DNA from: Klebsormidium nitens
Lineage: Eukaryota > Plantae > Klebsormidiophyceae
Direction of reading: 5' to 3'
NCBI GenBank assembly: GCA_000708835.1
Contig: DF237033.1
Coordinates: 1 to 64,000 of the forward strand
DNA: 64,000 bases
The notes beneath the pieces are model-generated. The model was not told the origin of the DNA, ran no database searches, and worked only from the letters and a program-made list of their open reading frames with translations. A program made the translations under genes and the position numbers. Of this stretch, positions 63,732-64,000 are shown one piece after another. Each line of letters opens with the position of its first letter. Position 1 is the first letter of the stretch.

Positions 63732-64000
63732 GTACGTACCGTGTTTGATGACGGGGGAAAGGTTAACCAAGCCTGGTTAGATATTCGTAAGATGGTCTTG
63801 AACCAGACAAAACGGGCTGAGTGATGGCTCGTTAACCAGGTTCGGTTAGGCGCGAAACCTTCCTGTGAGTCAATATTTGTGACTGGGCGGTTCGTACACA
63901 GCTCTCAATCTTTACGAAACATTGAGTAGGTTGCTACTCACAAAGACTCAAAATCGTTTACCAAGCCGGATTAGGTTCCGGTTAGACGCTCTCCCACAAA

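Overview
Eukaryotic nuclear DNA, most likely from a streptophyte (charophyte-type, Klebsormidium-like) green alga. The taxon is inferred from GC-rich exons, GT-AG introns and the gene families present, not shown directly. I reconstructed four multi-exon genes by hand: a UDP-galactose/GONST5-type nucleotide-sugar transporter (minus, 21567-24882), an ASR (ABA/WDS) protein with a Gly/Tyr/Pro-rich N-terminus and an apparent +1 frameshift (plus, 39788-44584), an alpha-1,6-fucosyltransferase-like (At3g26950-family) type II membrane protein (minus, 46000-53785), and the 5' part of an MFS phosphate:H+ symporter (plus, from 59223, running off the window). About 1-20250 and 25300-35600 is a graveyard of heavily decayed retroelements (L1/Tx1-like, CRE-like RLE, Ngaro/DIRS-like, Copia-like); every fragment I could orient is on the minus strand. 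The most striking signal is in all four genes. Introns are built largely from serial, decaying ~95-200 bp copies ('echoes') of the adjacent exon-intron junction. Donor-side echoes follow exons, acceptor-side echoes precede them, many keep intact GT/AG signals, and they often diverge more with distance from the real exon. I found no CRISPR, rRNA or tRNA genes. All alignments and motif calls were made by eye, with no database searches.
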